Source of the DNA: Candidatus Eiseniibacteriota bacterium
Lineage (GTDB): Bacteria; Eisenbacteria; RBG-16-71-46
Direction of reading: 5' to 3'
DNA length: 64,000 nucleotides
Assembly: GCA_041483195.1 (NCBI GenBank)
Contig: JBGPFC010000015.1
Location: forward strand, 28,805-92,804
Shown: piece after piece, positions 41,235-51,019 of the stretch
How the letters are laid out: every line of letters starts with the position of its first letter
Position numbering within the stretch: position 1 is the stretch's first letter
Translations under genes and position numbers: made by a program
Notes under the pieces: generated by a model
Database searches by the model: none
What the model was told of the DNA's origin: nothing
The model's input: the letters and a program-made list of their open reading frames with translations, nothing else

Positions 41235-42098
41235 CTACTTCAGATACCTGCGCAGAAACGCGAGCGTGCGCGGCCACGCCTCGCGGGTCGCCTTCAGGTT
41301 CGCCCCATCGCGCAGGTCCTGGGCGCGGAGGAAGCCGTGGCCCGCCCCCGGATAGACATGCGGCTCGTAGCTGCGCCCAAGCCCGCGAAGCGCGGCCTGG
41401 GCGGGCGCGACCGTCGAGGTGACCCGCGCGTCGTCCCCGCCGTAATGGGCGAGCACCGGCGCGCGGACGCGTGACAGGCCGGCGCTGTCGGGCGCGACGC
41501 CGTAGAAGACGACGGCGGCGTCCGGCGGCGGATCGGCGCCCGCGTACGCGAAGCTCTTGCCGCCGCCCCAGCAGAAGCCCAGGGTCGCGAGCTTTCCGTT
41601 CGACGCGGTGAGATGCGTCGCGTATTCGCGCGCGGCGTCGAGCCGGGCTTCGGTCTCGCGGTCGGAGAGCAATCGAATCATTTGCACGACCGAGTCGCGG
41701 CTCGCGACCGACTCCGTGCCTCCGCCCCCGGGGCCGAACCCCGATAGCAGATCGGGAGCGATCGCGATGAAGCCCTCGCGGGCGAGCTGATCGGCGACGC
41801 CGCGGATCCAGTCCGAGAGGCCGTAGATCTCGTGGACGATGAGCACCACGCCCGCCTTGTCCCTGCGCTCGGGAAACACCACCCAGGCGCGCAGGGTGGA
41901 GCCGCCCCCGGGCAGTCGAATCTCCACGTACTCGCCGTGGCGAGGTGAGGTATCGAGCGCGGCGCGCGCCGCATCCTCGGAGGGCGGAAGCCGGGGATCG
42001 CGCGCGGCGGCCGCGGGGGTTGCCCCCGCGGCCCCGGCCGGCCCGGAATGGGCGGACATCAGGCCGGCCATGAAGAGCGCCGCGAACGACGAACGCAT
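41235..42098 (-). CDS. Dienelactone hydrolase family protein with signal peptide
   Basis: HEIYGL, GFCWGG, FYG, YPGAGHGF. Confidence 0.88.
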   Translation of the reverse strand: MRSSFAALFMAGLMSAHSGPAGAAGATPAAAARDPRLPPSEDAARAALDTSPRHGEYVEIRLPGGGSTLRAWVVFPERRDKAGVVLIVHEIYGLSDWIRGVADQLAREGFIAIAPDLLSGFGPGGGGTESVASRDSVVQMIRLLSDRETEARLDAAREYATHLTASNGKLATLGFCWGGGKSFAYAGADPPPDAAVVFYGVAPDSAGLSRVRAPVLAHYGGDDARVTSTVAPAQAALRGLGRSYEPHVYPGAGHGFLRAQDLRDGANLKATREAWPRTLAFLRRYLK

Positions 42099-42109
42099 CG
42101 CGATGCTTC

Positions 42110-42613
42110 CTACATCCATGGCTCGTCGGCGGACGGTCCGTAGATGGACGGCACCTTGGCGCCTGCGAGCCGCAGGTAGACCGAGAACTGCCCGCGGTGA
42201 TGCACCTGGTCCATGAGCGTGGTCCACAGCACGTCGATGCAGCGGAAGTCTCCCATCTTTCCGGGCGCGACCGGGAACTGCACGATCTGGTTGAGGTGCT
42301 CCTCGGTCGCCTTCGACACCTTCGCCAGGGTCTCGCGAAATGCGCGCTCGAATCCCGAGACCGTGTCTTCGTACCGGGCGGGGTCCGGCGGCATCGGCTG
42401 CGAGAAATCGATGCGGCCCTTGAGCGCCATGTCGGCGATGCCCTGCTCCTTCGTGAACACCCAGGCGAGTTGCGTCGCCGAGCGCGATTTCTCGTGCGGC
42501 TTGAAGTCGCCCTTGTTCGCCGGATACGCCTTGAGCAGCTTCAGCGTGATCTGGCATTCGCGCTCGAACGTCTGGAGGAACATGTCCTTTTCGGTCGCGG
42601 TACGCTGCGCCAT
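42110..42613 (-). CDS. DinB family protein
   Basis: FKPHEKSRS, QVHHRGQFSVYLR, VPSIYGPSADE. Confidence 0.85.
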   Translation of the reverse strand: MAQRTATEKDMFLQTFERECQITLKLLKAYPANKGDFKPHEKSRSATQLAWVFTKEQGIADMALKGRIDFSQPMPPDPARYEDTVSGFERAFRETLAKVSKATEEHLNQIVQFPVAPGKMGDFRCIDVLWTTLMDQVHHRGQFSVYLRLAGAKVPSIYGPSADEPWM

Positions 42614-42916
42614 GATGAGATCCTTCCCGGGGGCGGAGGCGTTCGCTCCGTCCCCTGCTGGTCGTGGTCTCCGCGCGAGCGAATCGTCGACGCGCGCGAC
42701 GCGCGGGGTGAGGTCGGCCGGGACCAAGGTGGATACGGCGCGGGAGTCTACCGATCTCCCGGGCGCCGGTCCACGTCCATGATTCGGGGGGGATTTCGCG
42801 GCGTGGCCGCGGCACGATCCCCCCGGATTCCTGCCGTTCCGCGCCCTCGAGTGGGGTATGTTCCCGCGGGCGAGGGGTGCACCCGACTGCCGCGTTTCGT
42901 TCGGAGGGATCGAGTC

Positions 42917-44008
42917 ATGACCCATCATCACCCGCGGCGTGCGGCCGGATGGCTGCTGGTCGCAGCTTGCTGCTCTGCCGCCCCCGCGGCCCTGGCCCAG
43001 CGGGCTCCGGCGCGCGAAGGCGACTACGTCATTCGCAACGTTCGCTTCAAGTCGGGCGAGACCCTGGACAAGCTGCGCATCCACTACCTGACCCTGGGAA
43101 GCCCCGGGCGGGACGCGCAGGGGCGCATCACGAACGCGGTGCTCATCCTTCACGGCACCGGCGGCACCGGGCGCCAGTTCCTCGCGCCGCAGTTCGCGAA
43201 CGTGCTCTACGGCCCGGGGGCGCTGCTCGATACGACCCGCTACTACATCGTCCTTCCCGACGGGATCGGCCACGGGCGTTCGTCCAAGCCGAGCGACGGA
43301 TTGCACGCGCGTTTCCCGCAATACGACTACGACGACATGGTGGCGGCGCAGTACCGGCTGCTGAACGAGCGTCTCGGCGTCCGCCACCTGCGGCTGGTGA
43401 TGGGCACCTCGATGGGCGGGATGCACACCTGGGTGTGGGGCGAGAGCCATCCCGATTTCATGGACGCGCTCATGCCGCTCGCGTGCGAGCCGGTGGCGAT
43501 CGTCGGGCGCAACCGGCTGTGGCGGGCGATGGTGATGGACGCGATCCGCGGGGATCCCGAGTGGAACGGCGGCGAGTACACCACCGAGCCGCGCGCCGGG
43601 CTCCGCACCGCGATCGACCTGCTGCTGATCGCCGGCAGCGCGCCGCTCCAGATGCAGAAGACGCTCGCGACCCGCGATTCCGCCGACCGCTACCTCGCGA
43701 GCTACACGGACGCGCGGCTCGGCTCGCTCGACGCGAACGACCTGCTGTACCAGGTGAACGCTTCCCGCAACTACGACCCTTCCGCGCAGCTCGATAAGAT
43801 CCGCGCACCGGTCATGTTCGTGAATTCCGCGGACGACTTCATCAATCCGCCGGAGCTCGCCATCGCAGAGCGCGAGATCGCGAAGGTCAGGCGGGGCCGC
43901 TTCGTGCTGCTCCCGATCAGCGATCAGACGCGCGGCCACGGGACGCACACCTCGGCCGCCGTGTGGCAGGAATACCTGGCCGCGCTGCTGAAGGAGTCCG
44001 CGCGTTAG
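42917..44008 (+). CDS. Secreted alpha/beta hydrolase, homoserine O-acetyltransferase-like
   Basis: LHGTGG, GTSMGG, SADDFINPP, GHGTH; GGAGG RBS. Confidence 0.82.
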   Translation: MTHHHPRRAAGWLLVAACCSAAPAALAQRAPAREGDYVIRNVRFKSGETLDKLRIHYLTLGSPGRDAQGRITNAVLILHGTGGTGRQFLAPQFANVLYGPGALLDTTRYYIVLPDGIGHGRSSKPSDGLHARFPQYDYDDMVAAQYRLLNERLGVRHLRLVMGTSMGGMHTWVWGESHPDFMDALMPLACEPVAIVGRNRLWRAMVMDAIRGDPEWNGGEYTTEPRAGLRTAIDLLLIAGSAPLQMQKTLATRDSADRYLASYTDARLGSLDANDLLYQVNASRNYDPSAQLDKIRAPVMFVNSADDFINPPELAIAEREIAKVRRGRFVLLPISDQTRGHGTHTSAAVWQEYLAALLKESAR

Positions 44009-44023
44009 ATCGCGCCGCCCCGC

Positions 44024-44944
44024 ATGTCGCCATCCCGCATCGCCGCCCTGCTGAGCGCGCTCGCGCCCTTCGTCCTCGCGCCGGAATCGATCGCGGCGGC
44101 GCTTCCGCCCTGCGACCGCGTCATCGTCGTGATCATGGAGAACCACGGCTACGACCAGGTGCGAACGCAGCCGTACACGGCCGGCCTCATCGCGTCCGGC
44201 GGCCTCTTGTCCGGCTCCTACGCGGTGACGCACCCATCGGAGCCCAACTACATCGCCCTCTGGGCCGGAAGCACGCTCGCGGTCACGAACGACGCGTGCC
44301 CGGCGCCGGGCTCACCGTTCGCCGCCGAGAACCTGGGCCACGCGTGCGAGGCCAGGGGCCGGAGCTGGCGCGCCTACAGCGAGAACCTCGCGAGCGCGGG
44401 CGCGACCGGCTGCTCGTACGACGGCAACACCTCGAGCGGTCTCTACACGCGCAAGCACGACCCGTGGACTTTCTTCTCGAACCTGAATCACGTGAACGAG
44501 CGACCCTACCCGGACCTGGCCGCCGACATCGCGGCCAACACGCTGCCGAACCTGGCGTTCGTCATCCCCAACAATTGCCACAACACCCACAACAGCGGCA
44601 CGGCCGGCTGCGGCATCGCGGACGGGGACGCGTGGCTCGCGGCCAACCTGCCCGCGATGCGATCCGCGCTGGGACCGAACGGCGTCCTGATCCTCACCTG
44701 GGACGAGGACGACGGCGGCGCCGGAAATCACATCCTCACGGTGTTCGCCGGCCCGACCGTGGTCGCCGGCTCGGTGTCGACGCGCACCGTCACGCACTAC
44801 ACGATCGTGCGGACCATCTGCGACCTGCTCGGGCTCCCGAGCTTCGGCCTCGCCACCTCGGAGACGCCGGTGACGGGCATCTGGCAGGTGCCGGTCAGCG
44901 CGCGCGCCGCCAGCTGGGGCGGCCTCAAGTCGATCTACCGCTGA
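44024..44944 (+). CDS. Secreted phosphoesterase/acid phosphatase family protein with C-terminal SWGGLKSIYR tail
   Basis: IMENH, THPSEPNY, RKHDPW, LTWDE, HYT. Confidence 0.85.
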   Translation: MSPSRIAALLSALAPFVLAPESIAAALPPCDRVIVVIMENHGYDQVRTQPYTAGLIASGGLLSGSYAVTHPSEPNYIALWAGSTLAVTNDACPAPGSPFAAENLGHACEARGRSWRAYSENLASAGATGCSYDGNTSSGLYTRKHDPWTFFSNLNHVNERPYPDLAADIAANTLPNLAFVIPNNCHNTHNSGTAGCGIADGDAWLAANLPAMRSALGPNGVLILTWDEDDGGAGNHILTVFAGPTVVAGSVSTRTVTHYTIVRTICDLLGLPSFGLATSETPVTGIWQVPVSARAASWGGLKSIYR

Positions 44945-44975
44945 AGCGCGCGCGGCGCGCGATCCCCGCGCCGGA

Positions 44976-46481
44976 TCAGCGGTCCTGGCGCGCGGCGCTT
45001 CCGTGGTCGCCGCGCGAGGCCCGCGCGAAATCGATGTAGCCGCGCTCGGGATCGGTGTGCACCAGCTTGACCCGCACGCGGTCGCCGACATCCAGGCCGG
45101 TCGCGCCGTGCTCGACGCGCCCCTCGACCGGAGGGTCGAAGATGCGGACCCAGGTTCCCTTCGGCCCAGCGCCCGTGACCACGCTGTCGAATTCCTCTCC
45201 GACGCGGCCGCTGAGCCAGCACGCGGCGGCCGCCTTGCGCATCAGGCGTTCCACCTTCTGCGCGGCGTCCTCCTTCAACGTGCAGTCTCCGGCGATCGCG
45301 ACCAGCTCGCCGCGCGCGTAGGGCGGCGCCTTTCCCTCGAGCGCGGCGCGCAGCAGCCGTTGCGTGACCAGGTCCGGGAAGCGGCGATTGGGAGCCGTCG
45401 AGTGCGTGTACTCGCTCACCGCGAGGCCGAAGTGGCCGACCACCGGCTGGCCGGGGAAGCTGACGGCGTACTCGCCGCGGCCCAGCAGCTTGATGATCGA
45501 GAGCGAGAGGTCCGGGAAGCGCAACGGGTCCGCGGCCCTTCGCGCCAGCAGGAAATCGTGGAGCGCCCGCACGTCGGGCTGAGGCGGGAGCTTCGCGCCC
45601 AGCGCGAGCGCGAGATCGACGATTCGCGGCCAGCGCTCCGGCGATCGCACGACGCGGCGCACGACGGGGAAGCGGCGCTCCTCGAGGAAGCGGGCGATCA
45701 CGCCGTTCGCCGCGATCATGAAGTCCTCGATCAGCTCCTTCGCCCGGTTGCGCGAGTCCTTCTCGAGCCCGCTGACGTCGTCGTCGTCGAAGGTGGCGCG
45801 CAGCTCGATGGTCTCGAGCTCGAGCGCGCCGTGCACGTGGCGATGGGTCTTGAGACGCTGCGCGATCGCGTTCTGCAGCTCGAGATTCTCGGCGAGCCCC
45901 GGCACCGACGCGATTCCCGGCGGCACGTCCGCCGTCTTCTCGAGCCACGGTCCGACCCGCGAGTACGCCAGCTTCGCCCGGTTGCGCACCAGCGCGCGGT
46001 AGACCCCGGGCGCGGTTCCGATCCCGTCGCGATCCACTGTCTGCTCGATCACGACCGCGAGCCGGTCCTCGTTCGGACCGAGCGAGGTGAGATCGGTGCT
46101 GAGCCGGTCGGGGAGCATCGGGAAGTTCTGCGGCGGGGTGTAGATCGAGGTGGTGTTGGCGCGCGCGTGCCCGTCCACCGCCGAGCCGGTCGGGACGAGC
46201 GCGCTCACGTCGGCGACCGCCACCCGCATCGTCGCGGCCCCGTCGGGAAGGGGTGCGGCCACCGTGAGCTGGTCGAGATCGCGCGAGTCGTCGTTGTCGA
46301 TCGAACACCAGGCGAGATCGCGGAGGTCGCGCACGCCGGAGCCATCGGCACCGGCCGCGGCGAGCGCGTTCGCCTCGGCGAGGGCCGCGGCCGGAATGTC
46401 GGGCTCGAGCCCGCGCTCGCGCATCGCGCGACGCGCGACGCGCAGCAGCAGGGCGCGCTGTCGTTCGCGGGGGGCGTTCAT
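44976..46481 (-). CDS. RNB-domain exoribonuclease (short RNase II/R family)
   Basis: SIDNDDSRDLDQ, IEDFMIAAN, YTHSTAPNRRFPDL, C-terminal S1-like. Confidence 0.88.
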   Translation of the reverse strand: MNAPRERQRALLLRVARRAMRERGLEPDIPAAALAEANALAAAGADGSGVRDLRDLAWCSIDNDDSRDLDQLTVAAPLPDGAATMRVAVADVSALVPTGSAVDGHARANTTSIYTPPQNFPMLPDRLSTDLTSLGPNEDRLAVVIEQTVDRDGIGTAPGVYRALVRNRAKLAYSRVGPWLEKTADVPPGIASVPGLAENLELQNAIAQRLKTHRHVHGALELETIELRATFDDDDVSGLEKDSRNRAKELIEDFMIAANGVIARFLEERRFPVVRRVVRSPERWPRIVDLALALGAKLPPQPDVRALHDFLLARRAADPLRFPDLSLSIIKLLGRGEYAVSFPGQPVVGHFGLAVSEYTHSTAPNRRFPDLVTQRLLRAALEGKAPPYARGELVAIAGDCTLKEDAAQKVERLMRKAAAACWLSGRVGEEFDSVVTGAGPKGTWVRIFDPPVEGRVEHGATGLDVGDRVRVKLVHTDPERGYIDFARASRGDHGSAARQDR

Positions 46482-47317
46482 CGCGTGCCTCCCTTCCCCG
46501 GGTCCGGCGCCGAAGCTGCTGCATCCGGCGCGCACCGGCCCGCGCAGGCCGATCGCGCGAACGCCGGCGTCGCGGCTTCCATCTCCGGCGCGAGCCCGCT
46601 CCGCAGCCGCTCGAGCGCCTCGGCGGGCGTGTCCACGAAGTGGAACAGCGCGAGGTCGGCCTCGGCGATCATCCCGTGGCGCACCAACGCGTCGAAATTC
46701 ACGATCTCGCGCCAGTAGCTCGAGCCGTAAAGCAGGATCATCACCGACCGCTCGAGCTTCCGGGTCTGCGCGAGGGTCAGCATCTCGAACAGCTCGTCGA
46801 GCGTGCCGAATCCCCCCGGGAAGACGACGATCGCCCGCGCGAGGTGCGCGAACCAGAGCTTACGCATGAAGAAGTAGTGGAACTCGAAGGACAGCTCGCG
46901 GGTGATGTAGGGATTGGGGCGCTGTTCGTGCGGCAATCCGATGTTGAGCCCGATGGTGCGGCCGGCGGCATCGGAGGCGCCGCGGTTCGCCGCCTCCATG
47001 ATCCCGCCGCCGCCTCCGGTGCACACGATGTAGCGATGCGCCGGGGCGTTCAGCCCCTTCGACCACGTGGTGACGAGGCGCGCCAGCTCGCGCGCCTCCG
47101 TCTCGTAACGCGCAAGCGGTCCTTCCGCGTGGGAGCGCGCCGAGCCGAAGAACACCACGGTGTCGTGCACCCGCTGGCGCTGGAATGTCTGGAGCGGCTG
47201 GAGGTACTCGGCGAGGATTCGCAGCGGGCGCGCCGTGTCGCTGTCGAGAAACGCGTCGTTGCGGTAGGCGAGCGGCGGGCCCAAGTCCGCCGCTCGGCGT
47301 GGAGTCAAGTCCGGCAT
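46478..47317 (-). CDS. LOG family nucleotide phosphoribohydrolase
   Basis: FFGSAR, TGGGGGIMEAAN, FFMRK, FPGGFGTLDELFE. Confidence 0.88.
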   Translation of the reverse strand: MPDLTPRRAADLGPPLAYRNDAFLDSDTARPLRILAEYLQPLQTFQRQRVHDTVVFFGSARSHAEGPLARYETEARELARLVTTWSKGLNAPAHRYIVCTGGGGGIMEAANRGASDAAGRTIGLNIGLPHEQRPNPYITRELSFEFHYFFMRKLWFAHLARAIVVFPGGFGTLDELFEMLTLAQTRKLERSVMILLYGSSYWREIVNFDALVRHGMIAEADLALFHFVDTPAEALERLRSGLAPEMEAATPAFARSACAGRCAPDAAASAPDPGKGGTR

Positions 47318-47461
47318 GGATCCTCCTCGTGCGTCCGTGCGATGGGCCGGGCCCAACCCGGCCCCGCGTTTCGCGTCAACCTCGGGTCTTGTGACGACGT
47401 CCCCGCGCAGCGTACCATTCCCGGGGGTGAGCATGAGCGCGCCGACCCGAGGCCATGGCCG

Positions 47462-48373
47462 ATGCCCGATCCGAGCGAGCAGGCGCAGGTGAGCGAGACC
47501 CCCGGAGGTGGCCCCCAGGCGCCCCCGGTCGGGGTGCGAGTGGAGGTGTCGGCCCTCACCCATCGGGGCAACGTGCGCGAGTCCAACGAAGACGCGTTCG
47601 TCGTCTTCCGCACCGGCCGATATCTCCAGCGCGTGATGAGCAACATTCCAGAGCCCGACCTCCCCTCACGCTTCGAGCCCGCCGGCCATCTCATGATCGT
47701 GGCCGACGGCATGGGCGGTCATCGCGCGGGCGAAGTCGCGAGCCGCACCGCGCTGATGCGCGCGCTCGAGCTCATCCTGGGCTCGCCCAAGTGGGTGCTC
47801 AAGCTCGACGACCCCGCGACGCGCGAGAGCGAGATCCGCGAGCTGCTGGAGCGCTCCCGCGGATATCTCGCGGGCGTCCACGCCGCGGTCCGCGAGCAGG
47901 CGGCCGGCGACTCCGAGCTGGCGGGGATGGGCACCACGCTGACCGGAGCCTACTCGCTGGCCGCGGACCTGTTCGTGCTGCACGTCGGCGACTCGAAGGC
48001 GTTCCTGCTCAGGGGCGGCACGCTGCGCAAGATCACGAGCGACCACACGGTGGCCCAGCGCTACGCCGACCTGGGCGTGATCCCGCAGGCGGACGTGCCC
48101 GGGCATCGCCTGCACCACGTGCTCACCCGCGCGGTCGGCGGGCCCGACGAGGAGTTGGAAGGCGACCTGCACCACGTGAGCATCGAGCACGGCGACCGGC
48201 TGCTGTTGTGCTCGGACGGGCTGAGCGACACCGCGAACGAGGCGGAGCTCGCGGCGGTGCTCGCCGAGCACCCATCGAGCGACGCGGCCTGCCGCGCCCT
48301 GGTCGGCCTCGCGCTCCAGCGCGGCGGCCGCGACAACATCACGGCGATCGTCGCGGGCTACGCGCTGGACTAG
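47462..48373 (+). CDS. PP2C-type Ser/Thr protein phosphatase
   Basis: RESNED, VADGMGG, GMGTT, HVGDS, LCSDGL, GGRDNIT. Confidence 0.92.
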   Translation: MPDPSEQAQVSETPGGGPQAPPVGVRVEVSALTHRGNVRESNEDAFVVFRTGRYLQRVMSNIPEPDLPSRFEPAGHLMIVADGMGGHRAGEVASRTALMRALELILGSPKWVLKLDDPATRESEIRELLERSRGYLAGVHAAVREQAAGDSELAGMGTTLTGAYSLAADLFVLHVGDSKAFLLRGGTLRKITSDHTVAQRYADLGVIPQADVPGHRLHHVLTRAVGGPDEELEGDLHHVSIEHGDRLLLCSDGLSDTANEAELAAVLAEHPSSDAACRALVGLALQRGGRDNITAIVAGYALD

Positions 48374-48427
48374 GGCGTCCGCGCGAGCCGCGGGTCGGAG
48401 CGGGGCCGGCGCCCGGAGGTCCCGCGC

Positions 48428-49570
48428 TCAGAACCCGTAGAGCGCCTCGATCAATACGGTGGGCTGATCGTGGGCGAAGCCCACCGCCTTCTCGAACACG
48501 CGCCGGTTCGAGCGGTCGACGCGGAAATCTCCGCGCACCACGAGGCGCGGCGTGAGCCGCAGCTCGGGGGTGGCGGTGAACCCGGCGAGCGATTGCGCAG
48601 TGCCGGTGCGCGCGCCGTCCCGGTCGTCGAAGCTCTCGGCACGCAACGAGAGCGCAAACGGCGCGGTCACGCCGAGCCGCAGGTAGCCGGCCACGCCGCT
48701 CCAGCCCGCGTCGCCTCCGTTCGCCACCGCGCTGCGGTCCGTGCCCCGATCGGCGTTGACGCCGAGCGTGAGCCGGGCGCCCGCCTTCCAGATCGCGACC
48801 AGGTCGAGCAGCGTGCGCGGGTCGGCGTCGTCGGCGGTGCGCTCGGGACCCGTCATGGCGTTGAGGATCACGCTGAGCGCTGCGACCGGCGTGAGCGCGA
48901 TCTGCGCCCCGACCGACTTCGAGCGGTTGTTGTCGCGCGCGACGTCCCAGCCGTTCACCAGCATCAGCAGCGTCGAGAGCCGCGGCGACCAGGCGTACGA
49001 CGCCCGCGCCCCGACGTGCGTGAACGGGATGGCGTACCCGAACAGGAAAGACCGCGTGGCGTCGTCGTTCCAGCCGTCGTAGCCCTCGATCACCTCGTAG
49101 CCGAAGTGCGTGACGAACTTGCCGGCGTCCACCCGCAGGCCCGATCCCAGCGGCGCCACGTAGCTCACGAACGCCTGCTGGAGGTCGATGTCCCCTGCGG
49201 CTCCGGTCGCGTCGCGAAACAGGCCGGTCGCGGCCGAGATCTTCGGCACGGAGCTGCCGGCCGCCAGGTCCACGCGCCAGCCGGAGGTGCGCGCGGTGGC
49301 CGGCGGCTTCTGCGCGACCAGCTCGAACACGTCGAGCTGGAACGTGTCGTCCGCGAAGTCGAAAACCCGCACCTGGTTCGCGCCGGAGGCGGGGCGGTTC
49401 CAGTTGTACCCGTAGCTCGTGCAGACGAACGCATCGAGCGCGACCTCATCGAGGCACGCGGGCGGGGGCGGGGCGGCCGCGTCCGCGGCGCACGGCCGGG
49501 GCGCGAACAGCCACGCCCCGGCCAGCGCGACGCAAGTGAGCATGAGGGCGCCGCGCCACGCCGCGCCCAT
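48428..49570 (-). CDS. Putative outer-membrane beta-barrel porin (bbp2/DUF1597-like)
   Basis: Signal peptide, YGYNWNRP, GKFVTHFGYE, PFTHVG, NGWD, C-terminal ALYGF. Confidence 0.75.
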   Translation of the reverse strand: MGAAWRGALMLTCVALAGAWLFAPRPCAADAAAPPPPACLDEVALDAFVCTSYGYNWNRPASGANQVRVFDFADDTFQLDVFELVAQKPPATARTSGWRVDLAAGSSVPKISAATGLFRDATGAAGDIDLQQAFVSYVAPLGSGLRVDAGKFVTHFGYEVIEGYDGWNDDATRSFLFGYAIPFTHVGARASYAWSPRLSTLLMLVNGWDVARDNNRSKSVGAQIALTPVAALSVILNAMTGPERTADDADPRTLLDLVAIWKAGARLTLGVNADRGTDRSAVANGGDAGWSGVAGYLRLGVTAPFALSLRAESFDDRDGARTGTAQSLAGFTATPELRLTPRLVVRGDFRVDRSNRRVFEKAVGFAHDQPTVLIEALYGF

Positions 49571-49573
49571 GGC

Positions 49574-50794
49574 TCAGATCGCCTCGATGTAGGCCTGCTC
49601 GCCGTGCAGCGCCTCGTCGAGCCCGGCCCGCTCGTGCGACTCCTCGACCCGCACCGGCGTGATGCGGTCGATCAGCCACAGCATGCCGAGCGTGAACACG
49701 AACGCCCACACCGACGAGAGCACGACCGCCGCGCACTGCTTGTAGAAGAACGTCGCGTTGCCCGCGAGCAATCCGTCGGCGCCTGCGGGATTGAACGCCT
49801 TCGTCGCGAGGATGCCGAGCATGACGATGCCGAGGAACCCGCCCACCCCGTGCACGCCCCACACGTCGAGCGCGTCGTCCCAGTTCAGCTTGTTCTTGAG
49901 CGCCACCGCGAAGTAGCACACCACGCCCGAGACGATGCCGATCACCACGGCGCTGCCCGGCGAGACGTAGCCGGCCGCGGGCGTCACCGTGGCGAGCCCC
50001 GCCACCGCCCCGGTGAGGAGCCCGAGGAACCTGGGCTTGCGCGTGACCATCCAGTCCACGATCAGCCACACGATGGCGGCGAAGGACGCCGCCAGGTCGG
50101 TGTTGAGGAACGCCGTGGCGGTCGTCGAGTCCACGCGGAACTCGCTGCCGGCGTTGAAGCCGTACCAGCCGAACCACAACAGCCCGGTGCCGAGCGCGAC
50201 CAGCGGGATGCTGTGCGGCCCCTTGTCCTGCACCCGCCGCCGCCCGACGTAGAGCACCGACGCGAGCGCGGCGATCCCGGCGATGTTGTGCACGACGATC
50301 CCGCCCGCGAAGTCGAGGACGCCCCAGCGCTGCAGGATGCCGCCGCCCCACACCATGTGGACGAACGGGAAGTACACCAGGATCAGCCACAGGGTGAGGA
50401 AGATCATGTAGGCCTTGAACGTCACGCGATTGGCGAACGCCCCGGTGATGAGCGCGGGGGTGATGATCGCGAACATCATCTGGTAGGCCATGAACACGAT
50501 GAGCGGGATGGTGTCGTTGGGGGAAGGCGTCTGGAGCGTGATGTTGCGCATGAACGCCATGTCGAGATTGCCGATGATGCCGCCGACGTCGCCCGAGAAG
50601 CACATCGAGTAGCCGAACGCGAACCAGATCACGGTGGTCCAGCCCATCGAGACGAAGCTCTGCATCATGATCGCGAGCACGTTCTTGCGCCCGACCAGGC
50701 CGCCGTAGAAGAACGCGAGCCCCGGCGTCATCAGCATGACGAGGCTGCTGCAGAGCAGCATGAACCCGGTGTTGCCGGTATCGAGGTGAAGCAT
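49574..50794 (-). CDS. amt: Ammonium transporter
   Basis: MTPGLAFFYGG, YQMMFA, DFAGGIVVH, WFGWYGFNAGS, DDALDVWGVHG (twin His). Confidence 0.96.
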   Translation of the reverse strand: MLHLDTGNTGFMLLCSSLVMLMTPGLAFFYGGLVGRKNVLAIMMQSFVSMGWTTVIWFAFGYSMCFSGDVGGIIGNLDMAFMRNITLQTPSPNDTIPLIVFMAYQMMFAIITPALITGAFANRVTFKAYMIFLTLWLILVYFPFVHMVWGGGILQRWGVLDFAGGIVVHNIAGIAALASVLYVGRRRVQDKGPHSIPLVALGTGLLWFGWYGFNAGSEFRVDSTTATAFLNTDLAASFAAIVWLIVDWMVTRKPRFLGLLTGAVAGLATVTPAAGYVSPGSAVVIGIVSGVVCYFAVALKNKLNWDDALDVWGVHGVGGFLGIVMLGILATKAFNPAGADGLLAGNATFFYKQCAAVVLSSVWAFVFTLGMLWLIDRITPVRVEESHERAGLDEALHGEQAYIEAI

Positions 50795-50898
50795 TGCGGC
50801 ACCTCCGTCGAGGTCGTCGGTGCGGGCGCCGCGGTTCGCGCGCGACGTGAAAGCGCGACCGCCGACGCCCGCGCAATGCGCTGCGGCGAAGCGCGCGC

Positions 50899-50927
50899 AG
50901 ACTAGCGCCGCACGCCCGCCCGGGCAA
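50899..50927 (-). promoter_or_regulatory. Possible sigma70 promoter for amt operon
   Basis: Minus strand TTGCCC-N17-TAGTCT. Confidence 0.3.
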
Positions 50928-51019
50928 ACGCAATCGCGTTGACTCGCGCCCCCGCCCGGCCCGAGAGTGTCGAGGCCTCGGCCAGCTCGCCGCCCCGGCA
51001 CCGCCCCAGGAGACTTCGC

